DNA of 64,000 bases from Vulcanimicrobiota bacterium (GTDB lineage Bacteria > Vulcanimicrobiota > Vulcanimicrobiia > Vulcanimicrobiales > Vulcanimicrobiaceae): contig CAVRQT010000001.1 in assembly GCA_963723515.1 (NCBI GenBank), positions 32,001 through 96,000 on the forward strand, read 5' to 3'. Position 1 is the stretch's first letter. The number at the start of each line of letters is the position of its first letter. The notes beneath the pieces are model-generated. The model saw nothing but the letters and a program-made list of their open reading frames with translations. It had not been told where the DNA came from and did not search any database. Positions 18,714 to 29,671 of this stretch are shown piece after piece. Both the position numbers and the translations under genes were made by a program.

Positions 18714-20972
18714 ATGTATCGATACTTTAGTGCCCTGGCAATCCTGATCTTCAGCGCCACGCTTCCGGTGCTGGCCGATCAGTCCAGCGGCACCTCAAAC
18801 AAAGACCGCGCGACAGCGCAACCCGCGGCGCGGGCGCCCCAGCGGCCCGCGGCGCAGCCGGCTGCTCAGCCGCGACAATATACCCCGCCGGTGCAACGGC
18901 AGTACACGCCCGCAACGACGCAGCGTCAGTACACGCCGCCGGTAACGACACCACGGCAATATACGCCGCCGGCGACGACGCAGCGTCAGTACACGCCGCC
19001 GGTAACGACACCACGGCAATATACGCCGCCGGCGACCACGCAGCGTCAGTACACGCCGCCGGTAACGACACCGCGGCAATATACGCCGCCGGCAACGACG
19101 CAGCGTCAGTACACGCCGCCGGTGACGACGCCACGGCAGTATACGCCGCCAGTGCAGCGTCAGTACACACCGGCCAGCACGCCGCACGTGCGGAGCTACG
19201 TGCCGCCCACGACGACGCACAATGTGCCGGTAACGACGCACAATGCGCCAGTAACGACGCACAACACGCCCGTAACAACGCACGTTCGTAGTTACATGCC
19301 GCCGACGACACACGTGCAAACGATCCTGCCGCCGACGCGTGCAATCACGCATACGCCGACGATGACGCACGTCCAGAACCTAGTGCCGCCGACGCGTAAT
19401 GTAACGCGCATGCCGGTGACCACGCACGGTCAAACGTTCGTGCCGCCGACGCGTAACATCACCCGCATGCCGGCACCGGCGCACGTTCAAACGTTCATCC
19501 CACCGGCCCGCAACGTAACGCACATGCCAGCAACCACGCACGTTCAAACGTTCATCCCGCCGGCGCGCACGATAACGCATCTGCCGGCGACAACGCACGT
19601 TCAAACGTTCCTACCGCCGCGAACAACGATCAGGAACGTTCCGGTAACGACCGTTCGCGTACCGGCGACCGTTGCAACGCAACGCGTCCGTACGTCGTTC
19701 GGAACCGTCATCGTTCCCCGTAACCGGCAGCTCCAGACTGCGTTGGTGCAACGTGCCGTAACCCGCGTGAACCTGATCACGAATACGATCAAACAATCGT
19801 CACAGATTCCGTGGAGTACGATTCAAGCTCGCACGCGCTACGCGTTGACGCCTGCGGATCGTCAGTGGCTCCGCCAAGCGTGGACCGGCCCGCAGGCCTT
19901 GCCGACCCGAATCGTAGCCGTAAATGCAGCGGTTGCAGCGGCCGATCCGACGGTTCAACAGGTCGTGTACCAGCCATATCCGGTCTATCAGCAACAGGTC
20001 GTGTACCAGCCGTACCCGGTCTACCAGCAATATCCGGCGTATCAGCAGTACCCGGTCTACCAGCCGACAATTGATCCGACACAACTGTTGCTCGGTCAAC
20101 TCTTGGGTGGCGTCTTAGGAACCCCGGTCAACTACGGCTACAACCCGTATAGCACGGGTTACAATCCGTATGCCACGGGCTACAATCCGTATACCACGGG
20201 CTACAATCCGTACAGCACCGGCTACAATCCGTATAGCACCGGCTACAACCCGTACGGTTACAACTCAGGATCGAACGGCTCGGATCTGGCGCTTGCTGCG
20301 CTGCTGACGATCGTTCCATCGTTGCTCAACGGAAACGGCGGTAACTTTCAGGCGCAGGATCTCCTTGCACTGGCTCCGTTGCTGCTGCTGAGCAATAGCA
20401 ATTCGGGTTATGGGTATCCGCCGCAGTACTACAACAATCCATACGGATACCAGCCGGCATATAACCCGTACGCATATCAACCGGCATATAACCCCTACGC
20501 GTATCAGCCGGCATATAACCCGTACGCGTACCAGCCGGCATATAACCCGTATGCCTACCAGCCTGCGTACGACAACCAAGGCTGTGACCCAACGTATAGC
20601 AATTGCGCGAACGCGTACAATCCGTACGCAACAACCGCATACAATCCATACGCGACGAGCGGGTACAACCCGTATAGCACTGGCTACACCCCGTATAGCA
20701 GCGGCTACACGCCGTACGCGACCGCCTACAATCCGTATACGACTCCGGTCGGCTACGGTGCAGCGGGCAACGCTCAGATCACCGGTTACGTCATGGCGCA
20801 GTCGGGGCCGACGTTGCTTGTAGTGACTCCGAACATGGGGTCGGTACTCGTCAACGCGCTGCCGGCCGAGCAAAGCGGGACCGTGAGCGGTAATTTGCAA
20901 CCGGGAGCCTATGTAACGGCAGTTGGATACTACTCCAGCGGAAACACGTTCATGGCGACCGCCCTGCAGTAG
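18714..20972 (+). CDS. Large secreted low-complexity repeat protein (Pro/Thr/Gln repeats, Tyr-rich YNPY repeats, small C-terminal beta domain)
   Basis: SD GAGGA; signal peptide; 2.2-kb open frame whose repeat copies differ mainly at third codon positions. Confidence 0.85.
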   Translation: MYRYFSALAILIFSATLPVLADQSSGTSNKDRATAQPAARAPQRPAAQPAAQPRQYTPPVQRQYTPATTQRQYTPPVTTPRQYTPPATTQRQYTPPVTTPRQYTPPATTQRQYTPPVTTPRQYTPPATTQRQYTPPVTTPRQYTPPVQRQYTPASTPHVRSYVPPTTTHNVPVTTHNAPVTTHNTPVTTHVRSYMPPTTHVQTILPPTRAITHTPTMTHVQNLVPPTRNVTRMPVTTHGQTFVPPTRNITRMPAPAHVQTFIPPARNVTHMPATTHVQTFIPPARTITHLPATTHVQTFLPPRTTIRNVPVTTVRVPATVATQRVRTSFGTVIVPRNRQLQTALVQRAVTRVNLITNTIKQSSQIPWSTIQARTRYALTPADRQWLRQAWTGPQALPTRIVAVNAAVAAADPTVQQVVYQPYPVYQQQVVYQPYPVYQQYPAYQQYPVYQPTIDPTQLLLGQLLGGVLGTPVNYGYNPYSTGYNPYATGYNPYTTGYNPYSTGYNPYSTGYNPYGYNSGSNGSDLALAALLTIVPSLLNGNGGNFQAQDLLALAPLLLLSNSNSGYGYPPQYYNNPYGYQPAYNPYAYQPAYNPYAYQPAYNPYAYQPAYNPYAYQPAYDNQGCDPTYSNCANAYNPYATTAYNPYATSGYNPYSTGYTPYSSGYTPYATAYNPYTTPVGYGAAGNAQITGYVMAQSGPTLLVVTPNMGSVLVNALPAEQSGTVSGNLQPGAYVTAVGYYSSGNTFMATALQ
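18880..19170 (+). repeat. Coding tandem repeat, 30/60-bp period (QRQYTPPVTTPRQYTPPATT)
   Basis: Lines 18921-19140 repeat with a 60-bp period almost exactly. Confidence 0.9.
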
Positions 20973-21003
20973 CCGCGTAACGTAAAGAGAAAGCGGCCGT
21001 GAA

Positions 21004-21642
21004 GTGGATCTCCACTTCACGGCCGCTGCTTTTGCCACGGCATTCACGATCATCGACCCGATCGGAATGATTCCGCTGACGTTAGCATCGACGGCGCAGG
21101 TAAACGACGGCGATCGCGCGCGCATCGTGAATCAAGCGGTGCTCGTTGCCGCATTGATCGTGCTGTTCATGGGACTCGTCGGCCGTCCGGTGCTCGATGC
21201 GCTCGGCATCACGTTGCCTGCATTCATGATCGCCGGCGGCCTGCTGCTCTTCCTGATCGCGATCGATATGCTGTTCGCGCGAAAGACCGGCGCCAAGCGC
21301 ACGGAAGAAGAGGAGCGCGAAGCAGCGGCGGTTGAAAATCCAGCGGTTTTTCCGCTCGCGATTCCGATGATCGCCGGGCCCGGAACAATCGCTACCGTAC
21401 TGCTCTTGATCAGCCTTGCGCATGGCGATCGAGTCAAGCTCGTGACGATCTTTGTCGCGTATGCAGTCGCGCTTGCGGCGACGTGGTTCTGCATGCGGAG
21501 CGCGGGAAGGCTGATGCAATTGATCGGTAAGACGGGGATTCACGTCGTGACGCGCGTGCTCGGTATCATCTTGGCGGCGCTCGCCGTGCAATTCGTGATC
21601 AATGGCGTTCTCGCGACGCCGCTGCTTCACCGCACCTCCTAA
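21004..21642 (+). CDS. MarC-family membrane protein
   Basis: IIDPIG; F.IAGGLLLF.IA..ML; AVFPLAIPMIAGPGTI; TRVLGIILAALAVQF. Confidence 0.93.
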   Translation: MDLHFTAAAFATAFTIIDPIGMIPLTLASTAQVNDGDRARIVNQAVLVAALIVLFMGLVGRPVLDALGITLPAFMIAGGLLLFLIAIDMLFARKTGAKRTEEEEREAAAVENPAVFPLAIPMIAGPGTIATVLLLISLAHGDRVKLVTIFVAYAVALAATWFCMRSAGRLMQLIGKTGIHVVTRVLGIILAALAVQFVINGVLATPLLHRTS

Positions 21643-21688
21643 GCGAGCCTTAGAGAATCTTCATTGTCTCTTGATAATTAGTAGAGGG

Positions 21689-22258
21689 ATGAAGCCGAAA
21701 GCAATCTCGACGCTGATGGTGACCGCCGCGCTGGTCGCCTTGTGCGCGCCGACAGCGGCGCGTGCCGAACGCGCTTCTTTGGGCGATGCCTCGCCGAATG
21801 TCCCGCTTACCGTCGCACTCATCGAGGCGGGGGGCGGCGCGCAGCATTACGACACCGTCACGCTGATTCATTCGCTGGCGGGACATCTGGCCGGCGTCGA
21901 GCTATGGCACCTGCGCTTGGTCTTCGGCCGGCAAAAGGTCGGCTCGTTTTTGTCCGTCTTCAACTTTGCCGTGAAAGACATCGTGACGACGTTCCACGAT
22001 GCCCATATCGACCTCAATGTCTCGCCGTCGCCGGATCCGCACGACGGACATGCCTTGTGCGCGGCATTGATCGCCCAGGCATTGCAGCCCGATGGAAATC
22101 TCGATGTCGATTTGCTGCTCGACCATATGCTTTCTGCGGGCGCGCACGCGCATGTTCGCACGGACATCGCACGCGCTTACGGCGCGGAAGGGGAGCGAAA
22201 TTTCCGGGCGGTGTTGCTGCAGTCGCTGCGGGACATGCGGCGCGCCAACCACCTCTAA
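21689..22258 (+). CDS. Hypothetical secreted, helical protein
   Basis: SD AGAGGG; signal peptide ending ARA. Confidence 0.65.
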   Translation: MKPKAISTLMVTAALVALCAPTAARAERASLGDASPNVPLTVALIEAGGGAQHYDTVTLIHSLAGHLAGVELWHLRLVFGRQKVGSFLSVFNFAVKDIVTTFHDAHIDLNVSPSPDPHDGHALCAALIAQALQPDGNLDVDLLLDHMLSAGAHAHVRTDIARAYGAEGERNFRAVLLQSLRDMRRANHL

Positions 22259-22926
22259 ATCAAGGGTGCTTTTAAGGCGTTCCGTATGACGCGCGCCGCA
22301 ATGCGCGCACAGCGCGGCGCCTCTTTAGCGAGCCACGGAAGTTCGAACCATGCGCGTGGATGGAAGAGCACCGTCGCTGGATGCAGCCATGCGCGATGCA
22401 ACTCATGCTGCGGCGTATCGAGAATGACACGGACCGCCGCAATTCGGGAGCCGCGCAGCAGTGCGCTTTCCATGTCGGCGGCAACAAAACCGCGCGCTGC
22501 CCAAAGCCGCCGTTCGTCGCCTCGCACGATCGAGCCGGCGCTCAGGAGCGGCTCGCCGCTGTAGCGTAAGCCAAGGGCGGAAGCGCTTTCGCGCAATGCT
22601 TTCACGAGCAGCGCATCGCAGGCAATCGTCGCGCCGTCAGCACTGTGGAGCGTCTCCGGGAGTACGACGGTGCCGGTCGGCAAGTCCGCCAAGCCGCCGG
22701 CGAGCCCACAGCTGATCACGGTGTCCGAAAGAGTCGTTGGATCGAGTGCCGATAACGCAATTCCGGCACGCACGACGTTAATATTTGGCAACTCCGCGCG
22801 AGCGATACGATACTCGAGCGACGTCGGCGTAACGACGGTCAGCGAAGCGAGGTCAAACGCCGGTGAAATGGGTTCGGTACCAGGCGATTGCGCGTTGCAG
22901 CGCATCGCGCACCGCCGAGGGATCAA
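22255..22926 (-). CDS. hpnG: Hopanoid-associated nucleoside phosphorylase-like protein (HpnG-like); start uncertain
   Basis: ISCGLAGGL; ADMESA; AVRVILDTP; last gene of the hpn operon. Confidence 0.7.
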   Translation of the reverse strand: MIPRRCAMRCNAQSPGTEPISPAFDLASLTVVTPTSLEYRIARAELPNINVVRAGIALSALDPTTLSDTVISCGLAGGLADLPTGTVVLPETLHSADGATIACDALLVKALRESASALGLRYSGEPLLSAGSIVRGDERRLWAARGFVAADMESALLRGSRIAAVRVILDTPQHELHRAWLHPATVLFHPRAWFELPWLAKEAPRCARIAARVIRNALKAPLI

Positions 22927-23833
22927 AGTCGAGTTCGCGTTGCGCTTTCGTGCTGTCGACGAACACCCGATGCTGTGCTAATCGAACACCCTCGAGCGGA
23001 ATGCGGGGCGTCGCGCCGCCTTTGAGGCGGCACCGCAATTCATCCCCCCATGCGGCCGCAAATAGCACGGCATTCGGAAGTCGCATCTGCGGCGCGCGCT
23101 TTCCGGTGAGTTCTGAGAGCAGCGCCCACAATTGATCTAAGGTCAGATTTTCGCCGCCTAGGATGTAACGCTCGCTCGGGCGCGCGCGCGTCAAGGCAAC
23201 GACGTGTGCCCGCGCCACGTCCTCGATTGCAACGATATTGAGGCCACCGCAGCGTGGCGGTTTCGCAAAAATCCGACCCGCCGCAAAATCGGCGATAAGA
23301 CGTCCGGTAGGGGTCGGTTTCGCATCGCCGGGCCCGACCGGCGTCGTCGGTAAGAGCGTGCTCAGCGGCACACGGCTCGCAAATGCGGCGCGTTCTTGCT
23401 CGACTTTTGAATCGTGATACGCAGAGCCGCTGTGCTCGTTTGCCCAATCCGATTCCGTCAGCAGATGTCCGTTGCGCGAAACACCCAAAGCGGCTGAGCT
23501 CGACGTTACGATGGCGCGCTCGACGCCGGCAACCCTCGCCGCTTCGAGAAGCCCGCTCGTACCCGCTACGTTGATGAGGTGCATTTCGCCGCGTGCCGAC
23601 GGTGAGAATGAGTAGAGGGCGGCACAGTGGATGAGGTAACGGCATCCGTCGAGCGCGCGCGCCAATTCACCGGGCGCTCGCAGATCGCCGCGCACCGTTT
23701 CGTAGGGCAGTGATTCCGATTTTCGATTGCGAACCAGCGCGCGCACGCGGTATCCTTGCGCGATCAATTCGCCCAGGACGTGGCTGCCTATGAATCCGGT
23801 CGCTCCGGTGAGGAAGACCGAATCAGTGGGCAA
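22853..23833 (-). CDS. hpnA: Hopanoid-associated NAD-dependent epimerase/dehydratase HpnA
   Basis: LTGATGFIGS; YHDSK; PVGPGDAKPTPTG; GERYILGGEN; hpn context. Confidence 0.85.
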   Translation of the reverse strand: MPTDSVFLTGATGFIGSHVLGELIAQGYRVRALVRNRKSESLPYETVRGDLRAPGELARALDGCRYLIHCAALYSFSPSARGEMHLINVAGTSGLLEAARVAGVERAIVTSSSAALGVSRNGHLLTESDWANEHSGSAYHDSKVEQERAAFASRVPLSTLLPTTPVGPGDAKPTPTGRLIADFAAGRIFAKPPRCGGLNIVAIEDVARAHVVALTRARPSERYILGGENLTLDQLWALLSELTGKRAPQMRLPNAVLFAAAWGDELRCRLKGGATPRIPLEGVRLAQHRVFVDSTKAQRELDFDPSAVRDALQRAIAWYRTHFTGV

Positions 23834-24827
23834 CGGCCGCGCGCACCATCTCTTTCGGCGAACGCATCGTCGCCATTACCGCAGTCGGCTCGTAGCCGCA
23901 ATGCGCCATGCAGTTTTCGCAGTTCGGATGGCGTCCGCGGCCGTACTTCGACCAATCGGTCGTCTCGACGAGCTCCTTATAGCTGCCGACATAGCCGTCT
24001 GACATGAGGTAGCATGGGCGCTGCCATCCGAGCACCGAGTACGATGGGATGCCCCAGGCCGTGCATTGGAAGTCAACTTTGCCTTCCAAGAAATCTAAGT
24101 AAAGCGGGCTGTGATTCAAGCGCCACTTCTTGCGCTTGTCGCCGGCAAACGCTTCGCGAAAGATCGCGCGCGTGCGCTCCACGCCGAGGAAATGTTCTTG
24201 ATCCGGCGCCCTCTCGTAGGCGTATCCCGGCGCGATTTGCATCGTGTCGACGCGCAGCTCGTCGTTGAGGAAATCAAGCACCGAGCGAATTGACTGCGGG
24301 TCGTCCTGATTGAAAAACGTCGTGTTCGTCGTAACACGAAAGCCGCGCGCTTGCGCCGCCTTGACCGCCCCAACGGCTTTTTCGAAGATTCCTGAACGGC
24401 AGACGGACTCATCATGCCGCTCCTTGAGGCCGTCCAAATGGACCGACCACGCAAAGTAGATCGAAGGCTTGAATTGATCAAGCTTGCGTTCCATCAGAAT
24501 CGCGTTCGTGCAGAGATAGATGAACTTCTTGCGCTCGATCAGCGCTTCTGCGATTTGCGCGATCTCCGTGTGGATCAACGGCTCACCGCCGGCAATCGAA
24601 ACCATTGGTGCGCCGCATTCTTCGACGGCGTCGATCGCCTCTTGAACGGTCATTCGGCGGCGAAGAATATCGTTGGGATGCTGGATCTTTCCGCAGCCCG
24701 CACACTCCAGATTGCACTGGAACAGCGGCTCGAGCTGCAGCACGAGCGGGAACTTTTTCTCCCGTCGGAGCTTCTTACCGGCGATGTATTTGAAAACGGC
24801 AAGTTTTTGCTGCCATGGAACGCTCAT
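23823..24827 (-). CDS. hpnH: Adenosyl-hopene transferase HpnH (radical SAM)
   Basis: FPLVLQLEPLFQCNLECAGCGKI; IAGGEPL; C-terminal CENCMAHCGYEP. Confidence 0.95.
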   Translation of the reverse strand: MSVPWQQKLAVFKYIAGKKLRREKKFPLVLQLEPLFQCNLECAGCGKIQHPNDILRRRMTVQEAIDAVEECGAPMVSIAGGEPLIHTEIAQIAEALIERKKFIYLCTNAILMERKLDQFKPSIYFAWSVHLDGLKERHDESVCRSGIFEKAVGAVKAAQARGFRVTTNTTFFNQDDPQSIRSVLDFLNDELRVDTMQIAPGYAYERAPDQEHFLGVERTRAIFREAFAGDKRKKWRLNHSPLYLDFLEGKVDFQCTAWGIPSYSVLGWQRPCYLMSDGYVGSYKELVETTDWSKYGRGRHPNCENCMAHCGYEPTAVMATMRSPKEMVRAAVAH

Positions 24828-26699
24828 AGCGAAGCTCCTTGCGGCAGCAGAATCCGTCTGCGAAGCGCAGCATCCGCTGCCAGCGCCATCAGCGGAAAGA
24901 GATGTCGATACAGATGGTAGTTAATGTAGAAATCTCCCGGAAAGCCCGTGCCCGTGTATTGCGGCTCGTCCCACGTGCCGTCTGAACGTTGTCGCTCGAG
25001 AAGAAAGTTCATTCCCCGTCCGCACGCTTCATGCTGGCCGAGCCCCGCAAGCTGCAGTCCCATCATGGCCCACGCCGTCTGTGACGGCGTGCTATCGCCG
25101 ACGCCCGCGAACGATTCGTCCTCGTAGGAGTGGCAGGTTTCACCCCAGCCGCCATCGCGGTTTTGGCGCTCCAGCAACCAAGATGCCGCACGCCGCACCA
25201 TGTCGCTGCCCGTTTTAAGCGCCGCGAGCGCTGAAAGGACGCACCACGTCCCGTAAATATAGTTGACGCCCCAGCGTCCGAACCACGCCCCGCTTGGCCG
25301 CTGCGTTTTGCGCAAGTAGTGCAAACCGCCGGCGACGTGCGGATCCTCGACGGCGTAATCGACTGCGGCAAGCATCTCGAGCACGTGCGCGGTCACATCT
25401 TCGGTCGGCGGGTCGATCAACGCGCCGAAATCGGCGAACGGCATTCGGTAAACGAGCGTATCTTCGTTGTCGCGGTCAAATGCGGCCCACGCACCGTTGC
25501 GAGAGCGCATTGCGAGCGTCCAGGCAATAGCGCGCTGCACCGCGGCACCGACACGATCGCGATTGCCGCCTTCGAGCAACGCGAGAACGACCACCGTCGT
25601 ATCGTCGATGTCCGGATACGCATCGTTGTCGAATTCGAACGCCCACCCGCCGCCCTCGACGCCGTGCAGGCGGAGGCGCCAATCGCCCTGGACTTTGCGC
25701 CGGAATCTGTTCGTCGAGCAGCCATTGCACGGCGCGCTGCATCGCCGGATGGCGTGTATCAAGTCCCGCGAGCCGCAAGCCGCGAACCGCCCACGCGGTA
25801 TCCCAAACGGGCGACATGCAGGCTTGAAAACGCCACCCTTGCGCAGCATCATCGATAATGAAGCGTTGCATGCCGGCAAGACCGCGATGAATCACAGGAT
25901 CGTCAAGCCCGCGTCCTTCGATGCTCAACGCGATCAACGAGTAAACCCATGGGGGTTGAATGCCGCCCCAACTTCCGTCGGCTTCTTGGCGCTCGACGAC
26001 CCAATCGATCACGCGCCGGCATGCACGTTCTCGCGCCGGCTTCCACGGACTGCGTTCGTACAATTTCAAAAGCTGGTCGAGCCACCAAAACGCGCCGCTT
26101 CCCGGCACGCGACGCATCGACGGTTCGGTGCCTTCGACGACGATCTCAGAGATGTCGACGCCGAGTTTTCGAATCGGACGGCGCGCGATGACGGCGCACA
26201 GCGGCGCAATTGTGCCGCGCGCCCAGCAGGCGAAGTCGTAGAAATTAAACGGAACCGATGGCGGAAGAAAGACAAGCTCGGGCGGCAGCGTCGGGATCCC
26301 CTCCCATGGGTATTTGCCGAAGAGCGCGAGCCAAATTTTGGTGAAGACGCGCGCTTTCGCTAGACCGCCAAGCCGCCGAATCATCGCGAGCGCGCGTTGC
26401 ATCTCCGGAACGGTCGCATTCAAACCCAAGAGTCTTAGCGCGACGTAGGCTTCGATCGTCGTGCTCAAGTCCGCGGGCCCGTCGTAGTACAGCGCCCACG
26501 AACCATCGCTGCGCTGGTTCGCGAGAAAATGTTTGATCGCGCCGCCTGCTATCGGCGCACTGTCGGCGCCCAGAAAGCGCAGGAGCAGGATGTGCTCGGC
26601 GGTCATCGTCACGTTCGTCGCGAGCTCTCCCGACCACCAGCCGTCCGGTGATTGCTGCGCCAGCAGCCAATCGACGGCGGATTGCAGCGGCTCAGGCAA
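24824..26699 (-). CDS. shc: Squalene-hopene cyclase (frameshift near 25687, probably a sequencing error)
   Basis: QW repeats (QRSDGSW, QNRDGGWGE); RVFTKIWLA; SPVWDTA; YPDIDDT; split over track ORFs 25476-26699 and 24824-25879. Confidence 0.93.
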
Positions 26700-27969
26700 C
26701 GTTGCGGATCAACTCGAGCGAATGTGCAGCTGCGATTCCGCTGCGCACGGCCGATTCCATCGTGTCGAGCCACCCCGTTTCCGTCCACGATCCCGCGACG
26801 GCGACGCATGCGCGGCGCGTTCGCTGCGGCGGTCGAATCGCGCCGTCTCTGGGCATATAGGTCGCTTCGGGATTGCGCGTCACCGCGCTTGTGCGCAGCC
26901 TGGCGCCGGCAAGTTCGGGAACCGCTGCCAGAATGTGATCCCATGCGAGCCGCGTTAGATCGTCGGTCGCAAGCCGAATGTATTTTTCGGCGGCGCTCAC
27001 GCTGCAACAGATATATCCCGGCTCCTTTTGAAAGATCCACTGCACCGGTGACTCGATCAGCATCGCAAAATCGAAATCGAGCGCGCCGCGATCGTGCCAG
27101 AGGTGCACGTCGATGATCGGCATCGCTTCATAGTCGTCGAGCGCCGGAAGACCGTATTGCGCACTGTTGCCGAGCAGCTTTGCGAGTTGCCGTGGCGCGA
27201 CCGCTAAGACGATCGCATCGTACGAGCGTTTGAGCCCACCGGCGATTTCGAGCGAGGGCTGTCCGTTCTCACCGAGCTCGACGGCGAGCACTGCCGTTGA
27301 AAGGTGCACGTGATCGATGGTTTCTGCTGCTGCATTCATGATGTGCGCCAGCGGAACGGTCGCAAAACCGAAACGCGCGGCGCCGGCATCTTCGAGAAAT
27401 GCGCGCCGTAAAACGAGCGCTGCATCCGAGGCTCGAATCCGTTCCAGCGGCGCGTTGAGCGCTGGAACGATGAACGGCTCCCAAAATGCGCGGACCTCCT
27501 CGCTGCCTTGTCCGTGACTTGAAAGCCACGTCGCGAAATCTTGACTGGACGAAAGCGCACCTTTGATCGCACCCAGTGCGCGGATCACTCTGAGCCGTGC
27601 TCTCCAGCTCAGATGCCGATACGTCAAGAACGAGGCCGCCAGATGCAGCGGCGCCGGTAAGGGCAGCGCGCGGAGGCGCCCGCGTCTTCCGCGGCTGTTG
27701 AACGCGACCACATCGAAGCGCCGTTGAAGGTAGAGTTTGTCCGCCATGCCGGCGCGATCGACGAACCGAATGAACTCCGTGCAGCAGGCAAGGAAGACGT
27801 GCTGTCCGTTGTCGACCTCGTGACCGGCGACTTCAAATGACGTCGCGCGTCCGCCGACGAGGCGGCTTCTTTCGTAGAGATGGACGCGGCATCCGGCTTC
27901 GCGCAGTTCCAATGCCGCAGACAATCCGGCTAAGCCGGCGCCGATAACCGCTACATCGGGCGCAGCCAA
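26692..27969 (-). CDS. hpnE: Hydroxysqualene dehydroxylase HpnE
   Basis: VIGAGLAGL; GGRATSF; DNGQHVFL; TMESAVRSG; TTG start overlapping hpnD. Confidence 0.88.
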   Translation of the reverse strand: MAAPDVAVIGAGLAGLSAALELREAGCRVHLYERSRLVGGRATSFEVAGHEVDNGQHVFLACCTEFIRFVDRAGMADKLYLQRRFDVVAFNSRGRRGRLRALPLPAPLHLAASFLTYRHLSWRARLRVIRALGAIKGALSSSQDFATWLSSHGQGSEEVRAFWEPFIVPALNAPLERIRASDAALVLRRAFLEDAGAARFGFATVPLAHIMNAAAETIDHVHLSTAVLAVELGENGQPSLEIAGGLKRSYDAIVLAVAPRQLAKLLGNSAQYGLPALDDYEAMPIIDVHLWHDRGALDFDFAMLIESPVQWIFQKEPGYICCSVSAAEKYIRLATDDLTRLAWDHILAAVPELAGARLRTSAVTRNPEATYMPRDGAIRPPQRTRRACVAVAGSWTETGWLDTMESAVRSGIAAAHSLELIRNVA

Positions 27970-28847
27970 GATCCGACCATGATGCGCAATTTCTGTGTCC
28001 GTGAAAGCGATGCACGCTCGCGCAAGGGCAGCTGCGGATCGCTTTCGATCATCTCGAGGATGTGCTCGTAAATGCTCGCCATCGTTTGCACGCACGCGGC
28101 CGCACGTCGCGGAACGTGCGCAAGGACGCGATATCCGGCTGCGAAAAATCGGCGTGCCCGCGCAGTTTCAAAAGCGACGAGTTCATTCCAAGCGCGCGAT
28201 GATGGGTCGGCAAACAAAACCTCCGCTTCGGTGATCCCGAAACGCGCGAGGTCCTCCCCCGGAAGGTAGATCCGCCCCAGCGCGGCGTCTTCGCGCACGT
28301 CACGCAAGATGTTCGTCAACTGAAGAGCCAGACCGAGTTCGTCGGCATATTGCAACGCCGCAGGGTCGTCATAGCCGAAGATGCGCACGCACATGCGCCC
28401 GACGACCGAAGCGACGAGCATACAGTACCGTTCCAACTCTTCCCAGGTCGCATAGCGCGTGCATGCGGCATCCATTTGGACGCCTTCAATCAGCATCAGT
28501 AGTTCTGACTCGGGAATGCGATAACGACGCATTGCATGGCTGAGGACATGCGTAATTGGATCGCAGTAACCGCCGCGAGCAGTTTCCTTGACGCGCTCCC
28601 GATACGTATTTAAGCGCTGCGGCAGATCTTGCGCGTCGGCGCCGGCCTTATCCGCCTCATCATCAATTTGGCGCGCTAAGTCGTACAAGGCGTAGATCGC
28701 GACGCGTTGGTCTTTTGGCAGCGACACGAAACCCCAATAGAAGTTCTTTGCCTCGCGGCGCGCCATGCGCTCGCAGTACCGTTCCGCTTGCCGCAGCGGA
28801 TCGGCAGGCGACGCGACGCTAGCGATGACTTCCAACGGGTTGTGCAC
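27951..28847 (-). CDS. hpnD: Presqualene diphosphate synthase HpnD
   Basis: NFYWGF; ARQIDDEAD; YCMLVASVVG; LQLTNILRDVREDA..GRIYLP. Confidence 0.88.
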   Translation of the reverse strand: MHNPLEVIASVASPADPLRQAERYCERMARREAKNFYWGFVSLPKDQRVAIYALYDLARQIDDEADKAGADAQDLPQRLNTYRERVKETARGGYCDPITHVLSHAMRRYRIPESELLMLIEGVQMDAACTRYATWEELERYCMLVASVVGRMCVRIFGYDDPAALQYADELGLALQLTNILRDVREDAALGRIYLPGEDLARFGITEAEVLFADPSSRAWNELVAFETARARRFFAAGYRVLAHVPRRAAACVQTMASIYEHILEMIESDPQLPLRERASLSRTQKLRIMVGSWLRPM

Positions 28848-29671
28848 TACTTGGTTCCTTTAAACGATGCAACGATTGCAGTGCCGCTTGACCGAAGACG
28901 CGCAAGCGCCGTGCGCTACCGATGCTCGGGCGCCGCAGGTCCGTGCGGTAATCGAGCGCCGCAATCCTGCGGCAAATCTCCAAGCCGCCCAGCCGGTAAA
29001 GCGCAAGCTGCAAGCGCAGGGGATATGGCGCCATAGCTTCGAGTTGCCGTCCCGATTGCAGCAGGCCGACGGCACGCTCGCAAAGCGCGCGTACCGCGCC
29101 GTCAACCCCGCTGCTTCGAATATCCGCTTGCAGCAGATATGTTCGCCCAATCGCTCGGTCACGGGTAACGTCTTGCGCGTGGTTCGCGAGCTGCAAACCG
29201 ATGCAGACATCATCGGAGAGCCTTTCGCTCTGTGCGTTGTACATGCCGAAAACCCGCAAGACGAGGCGGCCGACCGGCGCCGCCGACAGCATGCAATATT
29301 CGAGCAACTCCGGCCACCCCTCATACGTGTGGACGGTTTGATCCATCATGTTCGCTTCGATCAGATCCAGAAACGGCTGCGCCGGCAAGGCGCATTGCCG
29401 GATCGTTTCGCGCAATGCAATCAAAGCCGGATGTACGGGTGCGTCGCCTTCGAAGAGCGCAGCGACTTCAGCGCGCCAGCGGGCGAGCCGCGCAAGCGCA
29501 TCGTTGCCGCTTTCGTCGCCCAGGTCGTCGGTCGTTCGGCAGAAGGCGTAGATGCGTCGCAAATGCACGCGCAGATCCGCCTGTACCAGCGGGCCTGCCA
29601 CGATGAAGTTTTCGTAATGACGGCCCTGCCAGCATTTTGCAGTAGGCGTCGGCTGCGATCATCTCATTCAT
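28819..29671 (-). CDS. hpnC: Hydroxysqualene synthase HpnC (frameshift near 29624)
   Basis: ATG 29671 overlaps idi stop; HYENF motif after the shift; IYAFCRTTDDLGDE; YCMLSAAPVGRLVL; LQLANHAQDV. Confidence 0.88.

Noticed and set aside
18880..19170. Regular 30/60-bp repeats as a CRISPR array
   Set aside because: No unique spacers, variation is at third codon positions within an ORF, and there are no cas genes.
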